From an uncultured Collinsella sp. (GTDB taxonomy: Bacteria; Actinomycetota; Coriobacteriia; Coriobacteriales; Coriobacteriaceae), in NCBI GenBank assembly GCA_900758475.1, contig CAAERQ010000007.1, positions 16,753 to 80,752 on the forward strand: DNA of 64,000 bases, in the 5' to 3' direction. Each line of letters starts with the position of its first letter. The first letter of the stretch is position 1. A model generated the notes under the pieces. That model had not been told where the DNA came from and searched no databases. It was given only the letters and a program-made list of their open reading frames with translations. Both the position numbers and the translations under genes were made by a program. Positions 48,213 to 58,942 of this stretch are shown in pieces.

Positions 48213-49175
48213 ATGTCCGAATCTGGGCTGTTGCCGGCATATCTGATCATCGGTACCGACGGAGTCAAACGTGACCACGCTGTCTCGCGCATGAAGGCAC
48301 GTCTGGAAAAGTCGGGCATGGTCGAGTTCAACCTCGACGAGCGCGACATGACCAAAGACCCCGATATCGAATCGATTATCGGCTCGCTCAACACCTTTCC
48401 CATGGGCAGCGAGTTTCGCCTGGTAATTCTCGACGGCTGCTCAAAGCTCGCCAAGGCGGTCTCTGAGCCGCTCGTCGAATATCTGGCGAGCCCCAGCCCC
48501 ACGACTGTCTGCCTGATCATTGCCGACTCGCTTGCCAAGAACACGCGCCTGTATAAGGCGATCGCCAAGATCGACAAGAAGGCAGTGATCGACTGTTCGG
48601 GCACCAAACGCTGGGAGCTTCCGCGTCGTGTGCAGCAGATGGCGACGCAACACGGTAAGTCCATCTCCACGGCTGCCGCTGAGGAGCTCGTCTCACGCTC
48701 GGGTGAAAACACCCGTATGCTCGACAACGACTTGGCAAAGCTCGCCCAGATGGTCGAGGCGCCTCAGATTGAGCTTGCCGATGTGGAGCGCTGGATTGTG
48801 CGCACGGCCGAGGTCCAACCTTGGGACTTTCTCAATGCGGTCTCGGCCCGCGATATGCGGCGATCGCTCGAGCTCTTTAATCTGCTGCCCGTCAAGAGCT
48901 ATGTGTGGACCTACACCCTGCTGTGCGGACGCATCCGTGAGCTTATCGTTGCCAAGGCCCTCGATGCGCGCGGGCAAGGTCGCGAGCTCGCCGCCACACT
49001 TAAGCTCCAGTCCTGGCAGGTCAAGAATCATCTGACCTGGGCGCGCCGCTTTTCTATGGCGGAGCTTGTCGCTGCGCTCGAGGGCGCGGTCGATGTGGAG
49101 CTCGCACTCAAGGGTTCGGCCGATTCGGAGACCGCTTTTTTGCTCTGGATTACGAACATCTTGAGAAAATCGTGA
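48213..49175 (+). CDS. holA: DNA polymerase III delta subunit
   Basis: comEC-holA-rpsT order; AYLIIG, TFPMGSEFRLV, ALKGS; typical size. Confidence 0.88.
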   Translation: MSESGLLPAYLIIGTDGVKRDHAVSRMKARLEKSGMVEFNLDERDMTKDPDIESIIGSLNTFPMGSEFRLVILDGCSKLAKAVSEPLVEYLASPSPTTVCLIIADSLAKNTRLYKAIAKIDKKAVIDCSGTKRWELPRRVQQMATQHGKSISTAAAEELVSRSGENTRMLDNDLAKLAQMVEAPQIELADVERWIVRTAEVQPWDFLNAVSARDMRRSLELFNLLPVKSYVWTYTLLCGRIRELIVAKALDARGQGRELAATLKLQSWQVKNHLTWARRFSMAELVAALEGAVDVELALKGSADSETAFLLWITNILRKS

Positions 49176-49308
49176 TGATACCTGCCTTTTTGGCAAATTC
49201 GTTCTATCCCTTTGAGATGGAGCGTGCTATAGTAGGCGCTTGCATGACCTCACCGTGTCTCAGAGGTGTCATACATTTTTTGCAAGGAACTCGAAAGGAA
49301 CTCCAGAA

Positions 49309-49575
49309 GTGGCAAACATCAAGTCTCAGAAGAAGCGTATCCGCACCAATGAGGCAGCACGCATGCGTAACAAGGCTGTCAAGTCCGAGCTCAAGACGCT
49401 GACCAAGCACGTCCAGTCCGCCGTCGCCGAGGGCGACGCCGAGAAGGCCCAGGCTGCCCTCAAGACCGTCACCAAGCGTCTTGACATGGCTGCCGCCAAG
49501 CATGTTATCCACAAGAACCAGGCTTCCAACCGCAAGTCCGGTCTTGCTAAGCTCGTGAACAGCATCAACGCCTAA
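49309..49575 (+). CDS. rpsT: 30S ribosomal protein S20
   Basis: [27 protein letters not shown]. Confidence 0.97.
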   Translation: MANIKSQKKRIRTNEAARMRNKAVKSELKTLTKHVQSAVAEGDAEKAQAALKTVTKRLDMAAAKHVIHKNQASNRKSGLAKLVNSINA

Positions 49576-49609
49576 GTTGTAAATTTCACACCACACAGAT
49601 TACGCGCAT

Positions 49610-49646
49610 AAATGGAGCCTGTTTTATGGAACAGGCTCCATTTTTT
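49610..49646 (+). terminator. rpsT terminator
   Basis: Stem AAATGGAGCCTGTT/AACAGGCTCCATTT followed by a T-run. Confidence 0.85.
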
Positions 49647-49671
49647 GTACCGCTCGGGTAAGATAGTCGGC

Positions 49672-51483
49672 ATGAATACTTCAATTGACATTTCCCACAT
49701 CCGCAACTTCTCAATCGTTGCGCACATTGACCATGGCAAGTCCACGATCAGTGACCGTATCCTCGAGCTCACCCATACCGTTGACGAGCGCGACATGGAG
49801 TCGCAGCTGCTCGACACCATGGATATCGAGCGCGAGCGCGGCATCACGATCAAGTCCAATGCCGTCCGCGTGTCCTATGACGCCGATGACGGCGAGACGT
49901 ATCAGTTCAACCTTATCGATACGCCGGGCCATGTAGACTTTACCTACGAGGTCTCGCGTTCGCTGGCCGCTTGCGAGGGCGCGGTGCTCGTCGTCGACGC
50001 CACCCAGGGTGTCGAGGCGCAGACTGTCTCCAACGCGACGCTCGCTATGAACGCCAACTTGGATATCGTGCCCGCCATCAACAAGATCGACCTGCCCTCG
50101 GCCCATCCTGACGAGGTTAAGACCGAGATCGAGGACGACCTTGCGATTCCCGCCGATGATGCCGTGTGCGTATCGGGCAAGACCGGCGAGGGCATTCACG
50201 ATCTGCTAGAGTCCATCGTCTTTTTGATCTCGCCGCCTAAGGGCGATGCAAACGCTCCGCTTAAGGCGCTCATTCTGGATTCGTACTTTGATGAGTATCG
50301 TGGCGTGGTGGCCACGGTGCGCGTCTTCGATGGTTCCATTAAAAAGGGCGATACGCTTCGTATGATGCAGGCCGAGGGCGACTTTTTGGTCGACGGCGTG
50401 GGCGTCAAGCGTCCTGCCGAGACCCCGGTTGACGCGTTGACGGTTGGCGAGGTCGGCTACGTGGTCACGGGCCTGAAGGACCCCGAGGCCGTTCGCGTGG
50501 GCGACACCCTTACCTGGGCGTCGAACCCCTGCCCCGAGCCGCTTCCGGGCTACCGCGAGGCCAAGCCCATGGTCTATACGGGCCTGTTTCCGATCGACAA
50601 CAAGGATTACGAGAACCTGCGCGACGCGCTCGATAAACTGCATGTCAATGACCCGTCGTTGGTGTGGGAACCTGAGACCTCGGTGGCGCTCGGCTTTGGC
50701 TTCCGCGTGGGCTTCTTGGGCCTGCTGCACATGGAGGTCGTCAAGGAGCGTCTCGAGCGTGAGTTCAACCTGGACCTCATCGCCACGAGTCCTTCGGTCG
50801 ACTATCACGTGTACAAGACCGATGGCGAAATGATCGATGTCCGCAGCCCGCAGGATCTGCCCGAGGCCACGCGTATCGAGCGCATTGAGGAGCCGTTCCT
50901 CAAAGCCAAGATCATCTGTCCGCCCGAGTATACGGGTGCCGTCATGCAGCTCGCCATCGAGCACCGCGGCGTGACGACCGACATGATCCATCTCACGAGC
51001 AAATCGGTCGAGATGCGCTTTGATATGCCGCTCGCTGAACTCATCTTGGACTTCTTCGATCAGCTCAAGAGCCGCACCAAGGGTTACGCCTCGTTGGATT
51101 ACGAGTTCAACGAGTACCGTCCATCCGAGCTTGTGAAGCTTGATATCCTGCTTTCGGGCGACGAGGTGGACGCGCTGTCGTTTATCGTCCATAAGGATAA
51201 GGCTTACGGTCTTGCCCGCGGCCTGTGCGACAAGCTCAAGGAGATTATTCCGCGCCAGCTGTTCGAGGTGCCCATCCAGGGTGCTATCGGCAACAAGATC
51301 ATTGCTCGCTCCACCGTCAAGGCGCGTCGCAAGGACGTGCTTGCCAAGTGCTACGGCGGCGATATTTCGCGTAAGCGCAAACTGCTCGAGAAGCAGAAAG
51401 AGGGCAAGAAGCGCATGAAGGCCATCGGCTCGGTCGAGGTCCCGCAGGAGGCGTTTATGGCGATCCTCAAGGTGGACGAGTAG
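49672..51483 (+). CDS. lepA: Elongation factor 4 (LepA)
   Basis: [39 protein letters not shown]. Confidence 0.98.
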   Translation: MNTSIDISHIRNFSIVAHIDHGKSTISDRILELTHTVDERDMESQLLDTMDIERERGITIKSNAVRVSYDADDGETYQFNLIDTPGHVDFTYEVSRSLAACEGAVLVVDATQGVEAQTVSNATLAMNANLDIVPAINKIDLPSAHPDEVKTEIEDDLAIPADDAVCVSGKTGEGIHDLLESIVFLISPPKGDANAPLKALILDSYFDEYRGVVATVRVFDGSIKKGDTLRMMQAEGDFLVDGVGVKRPAETPVDALTVGEVGYVVTGLKDPEAVRVGDTLTWASNPCPEPLPGYREAKPMVYTGLFPIDNKDYENLRDALDKLHVNDPSLVWEPETSVALGFGFRVGFLGLLHMEVVKERLEREFNLDLIATSPSVDYHVYKTDGEMIDVRSPQDLPEATRIERIEEPFLKAKIICPPEYTGAVMQLAIEHRGVTTDMIHLTSKSVEMRFDMPLAELILDFFDQLKSRTKGYASLDYEFNEYRPSELVKLDILLSGDEVDALSFIVHKDKAYGLARGLCDKLKEIIPRQLFEVPIQGAIGNKIIARSTVKARRKDVLAKCYGGDISRKRKLLEKQKEGKKRMKAIGSVEVPQEAFMAILKVDE

Positions 51484-51487
51484 GTCT

Positions 51488-52531
51488 ATGGCGCTTTCCG
51501 AATATAGTCAGCGGCTGCTGGGCGCCTATGCCGAGCAACCGTTCCTTATGGCTCCCATGGCGGGCGTGACCGATCCCGCCTACCGCATCATGTGCCGCCG
51601 CCGCGGTGCCAACCTTGCCTACAGCGAGATGGTGAGCGTGGCGGGCCTTGCCTATGCCAGCAACAAGACCTGGCGCCTGGTGCTACCGGCCGACGAGGAG
51701 CAGCAGATTTGCGTGCAGCTCTTTGGCTCCAAGCCCGATCAGTTTGCGAGCGCCGTCGCCGCCGTCGAGGAGCGCGTTGGCGATCGCCTGTCGCTCATCG
51801 ATATCAATATGGCATGCCCCGCCCGCAAGGTCGTTACCAAGGGCGAGGGCTCGGCGCTCATGCGCACGCCTGACCTGGCGGAGAAGATCGTCGAGGCTAC
51901 GGTGGGTGCGGCGCACGTGCCCGTGACCGTCAAGATTCGCAAGGGCTTTTATGCCGAGGACCGCAATGCCGCGACATTTGCCCAGATGCTTGAGGGTGCA
52001 GGGGCTGCCGCAGTCGCCGTGCATGGTCGTTGCGCCACACAGCTCTACACGGGCCAGGCCGATTGGTCAGTCGTCGATGAAGTCGCAGATGCCGTCGAGA
52101 TTCCCGTGATCGGTTCGGGCGACGTGTTCTGCGCCGAGGATGCCGCGGAGCATCTGCGCAACTCGGGTGCCAGCGCGGTGTTTATCGCGCGCGGTATCTA
52201 CGGTAATCCCTGGGTCTTTGGTGATGCTCGCGCCCTTTCGCTCGATGGCATACCGGTGCCGCAGCGCAGCTCCGTCGAGCGCCTGGACGCCCTGCGTGAG
52301 CACCTCACGCTGACGCATGAGCTCTTGCCGCTCATGTCGCGCGCCCGCACGTACGCAAGCTGGTACTTAAAAGGTATGCCCCATGCCGCCGCCTGGCGTG
52401 CCCAGGTGGTGCGCTGCTCCACGTATGAGGAGTTCATGGCGCTGGTCGATGAGATCGAGCGCGATGTGGTGGCCTGCGAGGCTGCCCTTGCCGCCGGCGA
52501 ATCGGTGCCCCCTCATCCGCTGGAGGCTTAA
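51488..52531 (+). CDS. dusB: tRNA-dihydrouridine synthase
   Basis: APMAGVTD, IDINMACP, VTVKIR, AVHGR. Confidence 0.9.
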   Translation: MALSEYSQRLLGAYAEQPFLMAPMAGVTDPAYRIMCRRRGANLAYSEMVSVAGLAYASNKTWRLVLPADEEQQICVQLFGSKPDQFASAVAAVEERVGDRLSLIDINMACPARKVVTKGEGSALMRTPDLAEKIVEATVGAAHVPVTVKIRKGFYAEDRNAATFAQMLEGAGAAAVAVHGRCATQLYTGQADWSVVDEVADAVEIPVIGSGDVFCAEDAAEHLRNSGASAVFIARGIYGNPWVFGDARALSLDGIPVPQRSSVERLDALREHLTLTHELLPLMSRARTYASWYLKGMPHAAAWRAQVVRCSTYEEFMALVDEIERDVVACEAALAAGESVPPHPLEA

Positions 52532-52533
52532 GG

Positions 52534-53766
52534 GTGGCCGTTACCGCGCTGTATGCGCACGTGCCGTTCTGTGCCCAAAAGTGCCGCTACTGCGACTTTG
52601 ATTCGCGCAGTTTCGCTCCGTGCGAGCTGGGTGCTGCGCTCGATGCCTATTTTGAGCAGTTGTACGCGCGCCTCGATGCTTTTGGCAAGGCTGGGGCCCT
52701 TGACCAGATCCGCACCGTCTATGTTGGCGGCGGCACGCCGTCGCTGGCGGGGGAGCGCCTGGTGGAGCTGGCGCGGCGTATTCGTGCGTGGTGCGCCCCT
52801 GTTGAGTTTACCTGCGAGGCCAATCCCGAGTCGCTGACCGCCGAGCTCGCCACTGCGCTTGCCAAGGTGGGTGTCACACGCGTCTCTCTGGGCGTGCAAA
52901 CGCTCGATAACACCGAACTTGCCGCCATCGGCCGTATTCACGATGCCGATCGGGCGCTCGCTGCTATCGCGACGGTCAAGGACGCTGGGCTTGACGTGTC
53001 GTGCGACCTTATGTGCGGTCTTCCCGGGCAGACCGCAGCGAGTTGGAGTCGCACGCTTGATGGCGTGCTGGTGGCGGCTCCGCATCATGTGTCGGTTTAC
53101 CCGCTCACGCTCGAGGAGGGGACACCCCTCTATCGCATGGCGTGCCGCGACGAGTCGCTCGAGCCTGATGAGGATTTTCAAGCCGCCTGCATGGACACGG
53201 CGCGTGGGCGTTTGGGTGCGGCCGGCTATCACCCGTATGAGGTGGCGAGCTACGCGCTCGACGGCCATGAGTGCGCCCATAACATTGCCTATTGGAGCGG
53301 CCAAGGCTATCTGGGCCTGGGTCGTTCTGCCGCGGGCATGCTCGACGCCGAAGATTTCGACCGTCTTGCAGGTTTGTTCCCCGGCGTGTCTTCTCGAGGC
53401 TATGCGTATCGCGTGCGTCTGGTGCAACGCGACGATGTCGCGACGGCGTTCGAGGCCGAATACCTGTCGCAGCGCGAGGCTGCGGCCGAAGACCTGATGC
53501 TCGCCTGTCGTATGACGCGCGGTGTTGGGCCCGACCTGTTGGTTCGCGCGGCCTGCGTCATCCCAACGGATGAGCTGGCAGCTGCCTGCGATCACGCACT
53601 CGAATTGGGTCTTGCCACGTGGGTGCCCGATGGCGTCGAGGGATATGCGGGGCGCGTCGCCTCGAAAGACGTTATCACAGGTCGCGCCCGCGCTCGTTTG
53701 GCGCCGACACACCTGGGCTGGCTCGATGGAAATGTTCTGTTCGAGCTGTTTTGGGGTCTAGCATAG
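52534..53766 (+). CDS. hemW: Radical SAM heme chaperone HemW (HemN-like)
   Basis: HVPFCAQKCRYCDF, GGGTPS, EANPES, HN-x-x-YW. Confidence 0.88.
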   Translation: MAVTALYAHVPFCAQKCRYCDFDSRSFAPCELGAALDAYFEQLYARLDAFGKAGALDQIRTVYVGGGTPSLAGERLVELARRIRAWCAPVEFTCEANPESLTAELATALAKVGVTRVSLGVQTLDNTELAAIGRIHDADRALAAIATVKDAGLDVSCDLMCGLPGQTAASWSRTLDGVLVAAPHHVSVYPLTLEEGTPLYRMACRDESLEPDEDFQAACMDTARGRLGAAGYHPYEVASYALDGHECAHNIAYWSGQGYLGLGRSAAGMLDAEDFDRLAGLFPGVSSRGYAYRVRLVQRDDVATAFEAEYLSQREAAAEDLMLACRMTRGVGPDLLVRAACVIPTDELAAACDHALELGLATWVPDGVEGYAGRVASKDVITGRARARLAPTHLGWLDGNVLFELFWGLA

Positions 53767-53824
53767 GCCGCTCGGGTAGAATTACCGCAAGATATACGCT
53801 GCTGTGAGCAGGAGGTTGCCGTAC

Positions 53825-54928
53825 ATGGCGACGATGAACGAAAAAGATTACTACGAGATTCTCGGTGTCTCCAAGGACGCCACCTCGCGTGATATTCAAA
53901 AGGCCTTTCAGCAGAAGGCCCGTAAGCTCCATCCGGACGTCAATAAAGAGCCGGGTGCCGAGGAAAAGTTCAAAGAGGTTTCCGAGGCCTACGCCGTGCT
54001 TTCGGATGAGCAGAAGCGTGCGCGCTATGACGCCATGCGCTCGGGCAATCCCTTCGCCGGCGCTCCTACGGCTTCGCCTTATGGTGGCGGTTACGCCGGC
54101 GGCGCCGGGTACGGCAATCCCTTTGAGGGCGGTTTTCCCTTTGGCGGCGCATGGGGCCAGCCGCGTCGCGGGCGGGCAGCATACAATCCCGAAAGCGGTG
54201 CCAACGTGGTCGTCGACATTAAGCTCGATGCCAAGGAGGCCAAGGGCGGTTCCCGCAAAACCGTTCGCTACACGCGATTCGATACGTGCGGACACTGCGG
54301 CGGCTCGGGTTCTGTCTCCTCCGAGCATGCCCATACCTGCCCAAGCTGTGGCGGACGCGGCCATATCGATGTGGACCTGTCCTTCCTGTTTGGCGCTGGC
54401 ACGTTTCAGTCGGTTTGCCCCGAGTGCGGCGGCTCGGGCAAGGTCGTAGCCGATCCGTGCCCCGATTGCGGCGGCAGCGGTCGTACCCGCGTGACCTCCG
54501 AGCAAACGATTGAGTTTCCTGCCGGCACGCACGACGGCGACGAGGTTCGCATTAGCGGCATGGGCCATGCCGGTACCAATGGCGCCACGGGTGGTGACCT
54601 GGTCGGTCGCGCCCATGTGGAGGCCGAGCGCCTGGAGGGCAAGGCCCGTACCGGCTTTTACCTGATGGGCATCGTGGCGCCGTTTTTGGTGCTGTCGGCC
54701 ATCTCGGGCGTGTTCTCGGCCTTTGCCGTGATGTGTTTTATTCCGTTTGCCATGGGCCTGTTCATGGTGCTCTCGGATGGGGTACTTCACCGTAGCCTGC
54801 TGTGGTGGAAGCGTGGTGCGATGCAGTTTGCCAACGGTTTTGCCAACGGCTTCATGTTCGCGCTCGTGTCGGTGTGGTTTGCGAGCTGCTCGCAGCGCGC
54901 GATGCTTTCGCCCTACGGGATGCAATAA
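53825..54928 (+). CDS. DnaJ paralogue (J domain, G/F region, zinc finger) with C-terminal transmembrane helices
   Basis: HPD motif, four CxxCxGxG repeats, hydrophobic C-terminus; SD AGGAGG. Confidence 0.85.
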   Translation: MATMNEKDYYEILGVSKDATSRDIQKAFQQKARKLHPDVNKEPGAEEKFKEVSEAYAVLSDEQKRARYDAMRSGNPFAGAPTASPYGGGYAGGAGYGNPFEGGFPFGGAWGQPRRGRAAYNPESGANVVVDIKLDAKEAKGGSRKTVRYTRFDTCGHCGGSGSVSSEHAHTCPSCGGRGHIDVDLSFLFGAGTFQSVCPECGGSGKVVADPCPDCGGSGRTRVTSEQTIEFPAGTHDGDEVRISGMGHAGTNGATGGDLVGRAHVEAERLEGKARTGFYLMGIVAPFLVLSAISGVFSAFAVMCFIPFAMGLFMVLSDGVLHRSLLWWKRGAMQFANGFANGFMFALVSVWFASCSQRAMLSPYGMQ

Positions 54929-55009
54929 CATCAAACCCTCTGTTTGCGGCCGGCCCTGCATGGGTATAGGACGCACTGTGACAATATTGAAAGTCGGAAG
55001 GATTCGGTC

Positions 55010-56158
55010 GTGTCGGAAAATAGGGATTACTACGAGGTACTTGGCGTCGATAAGGACGCCGACGCGCGGACCATTAAGCGCGCGTTTTTAAAGAAAGCCC
55101 GTACGGTACACCCGGATGTTTCGGACGACCCCGAGGCCGAGGCCAAGTTCAAAGAGCTGAACGAGGCCTATTCTGTCCTTTCCGATGAGCAGAAGCGTGC
55201 CAACTACGATCGCTTTGGCACTGCCGATGGCCCTGGTGGCTCCGGCTATGTCGACATCAACGACATCTTTGGCGGCATGGGCATGGACGACCTGTTCTCG
55301 TCGTTCTTTGGCGGCGGCGCCGGCGGTGGTGCCCGCAGCCGTCGCGAGCGCCGTCGCGGTCGCGATATGGCCATCTCGCTTTCGGTGACGCTCGAGGAAG
55401 CTGCACTTGGCTGCAAAAAGACGATCAGCTATGACCGCCTTGCTCCCTGCGAGGATTGCAACGGTACGGGCAAGGCTGACGGTGCGACCGAAAAGCAGTG
55501 CAGCCGCTGCCACGGCACGGGCTATGTCACCACGGTCCAGCGCTCGTTTTTGGGTCAGGTCCAGTCCTCTTCGCCCTGCCCCGACTGCCACGGCGAGGGC
55601 ACGGTCATCGACCATCCCTGCGAGACTTGCGACGGTCAGGGCCGCACGCCTTCGCACGAAAAGATCGACATCGATATTCCCGCCGGCGTCTCGACCGGTC
55701 GCCAGCTGCGCGTGAGCGGCTTTGGCGAGGCCGGTCTTCGTGGCGAGCCCTCGGGCGACCTGATCGTCAGCGTGCGTGTCGCCGATCACGAGCGCTTTAA
55801 GCGCAATGGCGACGACCTGTACCTGGTGAGCGATATCTCCATCGCGCAGGCCGCGCTCGGCTGCGAGATCGAGGTCGAGGGCATTATGCCCGAGGAGGTC
55901 GTCAAGGTTACGGTCCCTGCCGGCACGCAGTATGGCGACACCGTCAGCGTCAACAACTTTGGCATGCCGCGCATCGGCGGTGGCGGCTCACGTGGTCGTC
56001 TGGTCGTGCAGCTGCGCGTGGTCGTTCCCACGAACCTTTCCAACAAGCAGCGCGAGCTGCTCCGCGCTTTTGCCGACGAGATGGGCGATGACGTCGCTTC
56101 CGGTAAGAAGTCGGTAACCGATCGTATCAAGAGCGCCCTCGACGATATCCTCGATTAA
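55010..56158 (+). CDS. dnaJ: Chaperone DnaJ (canonical class A)
   Basis: HPD, G/F region, four zinc-finger repeats, complete C-terminal domains. Confidence 0.95.
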   Translation: MSENRDYYEVLGVDKDADARTIKRAFLKKARTVHPDVSDDPEAEAKFKELNEAYSVLSDEQKRANYDRFGTADGPGGSGYVDINDIFGGMGMDDLFSSFFGGGAGGGARSRRERRRGRDMAISLSVTLEEAALGCKKTISYDRLAPCEDCNGTGKADGATEKQCSRCHGTGYVTTVQRSFLGQVQSSSPCPDCHGEGTVIDHPCETCDGQGRTPSHEKIDIDIPAGVSTGRQLRVSGFGEAGLRGEPSGDLIVSVRVADHERFKRNGDDLYLVSDISIAQAALGCEIEVEGIMPEEVVKVTVPAGTQYGDTVSVNNFGMPRIGGGGSRGRLVVQLRVVVPTNLSNKQRELLRAFADEMGDDVASGKKSVTDRIKSALDDILD

Positions 56159-56167
56159 GGAGCCCGC

Positions 56168-57460
56168 TTGCTCGCACCCCATATTTCCGTCGTCAACCTT
56201 GGCTGCCGTGTCAACCGGGTTGAGTCCGACCGTATCACTGCCGATCTTATGCGCCAGGGCTTTGCGATGGTGGAGCCCCAGGATGCCGACCTGATTGTAA
56301 TCAATACCTGCGCCGTGACGGGCGAGGCCGAGGCCAAGACCCGTAAGGCCGTCCGTCATGCGCTGTCATATCCAGGTGAGCCCTACGTTGTCGTGACCGG
56401 CTGCGTCGTCAACTTGCATCCCGAAGAGCTGCTGGAGCTTTCGGACCGCGTCATTGCCGAGCCGTCGAAAATCGACGTCGCCGAGCGTGTCTGCGAGGTG
56501 CTGGGTGTCGAATCCGATAGTGTGGCCGCTTGCAGCGACAGCGATGTGGTCGATGCTCTGGGGCGCTCGCGTCTGGGCGTGAAGATCCAAGACGGCTGCA
56601 ATCACCGCTGCACGTATTGCATTGTGTGGAAGGCGCGCGGCCCTGAGCGCTCCGTGCCCGTCGAGTCCGTGCTCGAGCAGGTGCGCGAGGCCCAGGAGGC
56701 CGGTGTGCCCGAGGTGGTGCTGACTGGCGTGAACCTGGGCGCCTATGACGGCAAGAGCGCGACTGACGAACACGTGGAGATCGATGAGCTGCTCCAGGCC
56801 ATCATGGAGCGCACCGAGATCGCCCACGTGCGCATCTCCTCGGTGGAACCCATGGATATTTCCGAGCGCTTGCTCAAGGTGATGGCTCGCTATCCGAAGC
56901 GTATCGCGCCGTTTTTGCACCTGCCTGTGCAGTCTGGCTGCACGGCGACGCTGCATCGCATGGGCCGTCCCTATAGCGCCGAGGCGTTCGAGGACACGGT
57001 GCGCATGATTCGCGCTAACCTGCCCCAGGCTGCACTTTCGTGTGACGTTATCGTCGGTTTCCCTGGCGAGACGGACGAGGAGTTCGAGGAGTCGCTGGCG
57101 CTGTGCCGTCGCGTGGGCTTTTCGCGCATGCACGTGTTCCGCTATAGCAAGCGCCCCGGCACCCTCGCCGCCGACATGCCCGACCAGGTACCCCCTGAGG
57201 TCATGGCCGAGCGCAGCCGTCGCATGCGCGCCGCCGCACAGGAGCTTGCGATCGCCGATGCCCGCCGCCGCGTGGGCACGGTCGAGCGTGCGGTGCTCGA
57301 GTATGGCGACAACCTGACGCTCGGCTCGTTCCATCATGCCCGTCTTGATGATACCTGTGGACTCACAGCCCCTTGCCTGCTCGATGTTGCTATCATCGGA
57401 GTCGATGATTCCGGCTTGGTCCATGCACGCAGGGAGGTTCATGGAAGCCTCGAAGATTAG
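56168..57460 (+). CDS. mtaB: MiaB/MtaB-family radical SAM methylthiotransferase
   Basis: LGCRVN, INTCAVT, KIQDGCNHRCTYC, IVGFPGET. Confidence 0.82.
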   Translation: MLAPHISVVNLGCRVNRVESDRITADLMRQGFAMVEPQDADLIVINTCAVTGEAEAKTRKAVRHALSYPGEPYVVVTGCVVNLHPEELLELSDRVIAEPSKIDVAERVCEVLGVESDSVAACSDSDVVDALGRSRLGVKIQDGCNHRCTYCIVWKARGPERSVPVESVLEQVREAQEAGVPEVVLTGVNLGAYDGKSATDEHVEIDELLQAIMERTEIAHVRISSVEPMDISERLLKVMARYPKRIAPFLHLPVQSGCTATLHRMGRPYSAEAFEDTVRMIRANLPQAALSCDVIVGFPGETDEEFEESLALCRRVGFSRMHVFRYSKRPGTLAADMPDQVPPEVMAERSRRMRAAAQELAIADARRRVGTVERAVLEYGDNLTLGSFHHARLDDTCGLTAPCLLDVAIIGVDDSGLVHARREVHGSLED

Positions 57461-58427
57461 ACTTACCGTTCCCGAGGGTATCGACCCCTCGCGCGTTTTG
57501 GGCGCCGGCGATGGCGCCCTTCGTGCACTCGAGAACTTGGTGCGCGCCCAAGTGGTTGCCCGCGGTGACAGCGTTGCCGTGAGCGGCGATCCGGACGAGG
57601 TCGAGCTCGTGGCGCGCTTTTTCGAGCATGCTTTTCGCGAGGCGGCCGCCGGGCGCACGCTGTCTGCCGACGATGTCTCGCGATGCCTGGCGGTCTTGCG
57701 CGACGGCGAGCATAATGCCTCGTCGCTGCGCGATGACGTGCTGCTGTCGTATCGCGGTCGCGTCATCCGCCCCAAGACGCTCGGCCAAAAGCGCTACGTG
57801 GATGCCATTCGCTCGCATACCATCACGTTTGGCCTCGGTCCCGCCGGTACCGGTAAAACCTATCTGGCTATGGCACTCGCTGTCGCCGCGCTCAAGCGCC
57901 ATGAGGTGGGCCGCCTGATCCTGACGCGCCCGGTTGTCGAGGCGGGGGAGAACTTGGGCTTTTTGCCCGGCACCCTCGAGGAAAAGATCGACCCGTATAT
58001 GCGTCCGCTCTATGATGCCCTGTTTGACATGATGGATCGTGAGCGTACCGATGAGCTCATGGAGCGTGGCGTGATCGAGATCGCCCCGCTCGCCTACATG
58101 CGCGGTCGAACGCTGAGTGATGCCTTTGTGGTGCTCGATGAGGCACAAAACACGACGCCCGAGCAGATGAAGATGTTCCTGACGCGCCTGGGTTTTAATT
58201 CCAAGTTCGTGATTACCGGCGACCTGAGCCAGCGTGACCTGGTGGGTCGTCGCGGCGGTCTTGCCGATATCGAAAGGATTTTGGGTCGCGTCGACGATGT
58301 GGCGTTTTCTCACCTGGAGCGCGCCGACGTGGTGCGCCATGCCTTGGTGGGGCGCATCGTCGAGGCCTACGATGCTTATGATGACGTGCGTGAGCAGCGC
58401 TCGCGCGACCGAAAGGAGTCCCGTTGA
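57441..58427 (+). CDS. phoH: PhoH-family ATPase
   Basis: GPAGTGKTYLA, RPVVEAGENLGFLPG, MRGRTL, DEAQN. Confidence 0.95.
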   Translation: MEASKIRLTVPEGIDPSRVLGAGDGALRALENLVRAQVVARGDSVAVSGDPDEVELVARFFEHAFREAAAGRTLSADDVSRCLAVLRDGEHNASSLRDDVLLSYRGRVIRPKTLGQKRYVDAIRSHTITFGLGPAGTGKTYLAMALAVAALKRHEVGRLILTRPVVEAGENLGFLPGTLEEKIDPYMRPLYDALFDMMDRERTDELMERGVIEIAPLAYMRGRTLSDAFVVLDEAQNTTPEQMKMFLTRLGFNSKFVITGDLSQRDLVGRRGGLADIERILGRVDDVAFSHLERADVVRHALVGRIVEAYDAYDDVREQRSRDRKESR

Positions 58428-58933
58428 GTGTATTGATCAGCAACGATGCCGAGCTCGATACGCTGCTCGATGCCCAGGAGGTGGAGCACATCTGCGGAGT
58501 TGTGCTTGCCGCCGAGGGTGTTGAGCGTGAGGTCGAGATTTCCCTTTCGTATGTCGATGAGGACGAGATGCACGAGCTCAATCTTGAATGGCGTGGCATC
58601 GATCGCACGACCGACGTGCTCTCGTTTGAATGCGACTCGGCCTTTGACGAGGACATTCCCGCCGACGAGACGCTCGAGCTCGGCGATATTATCCTGGCCC
58701 CGCAGGTCATTGCCCGCCAGGCCCCCGGCTTTGGCAACAGCCCCGCCGATGAGTGCCGACTGATGCTCGTGCATGGCATGCTGCACCTGCTGGGTTACGA
58801 CCACATCGAGGACGATGAGGCCGAGGTCATGGAGGCACGCGAGGATGCCATCCTGCGCGACCTGGCGCTTGAGCGCGGCGAGGACCCCAAACTCGTCCAC
58901 GTCGGCCCCATAACCAATCATGCCCACGACTAG
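58424..58933 (+). CDS. ybeY: rRNA maturation RNase YbeY
   Basis: TDVLSF, LGDI, HGMLHLLGYDH. Confidence 0.96.
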   Translation: MSVLISNDAELDTLLDAQEVEHICGVVLAAEGVEREVEISLSYVDEDEMHELNLEWRGIDRTTDVLSFECDSAFDEDIPADETLELGDIILAPQVIARQAPGFGNSPADECRLMLVHGMLHLLGYDHIEDDEAEVMEAREDAILRDLALERGEDPKLVHVGPITNHAHD

Positions 58934-58942
58934 GAGCCGTCT

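Noticed and set aside
54827..54852. Short tandem repeat TTTGCCAACGG x2 (FANG-FANG)
   Set aside because: An in-frame 12-nt-period duplication within a CDS; too short to suggest phase variation.
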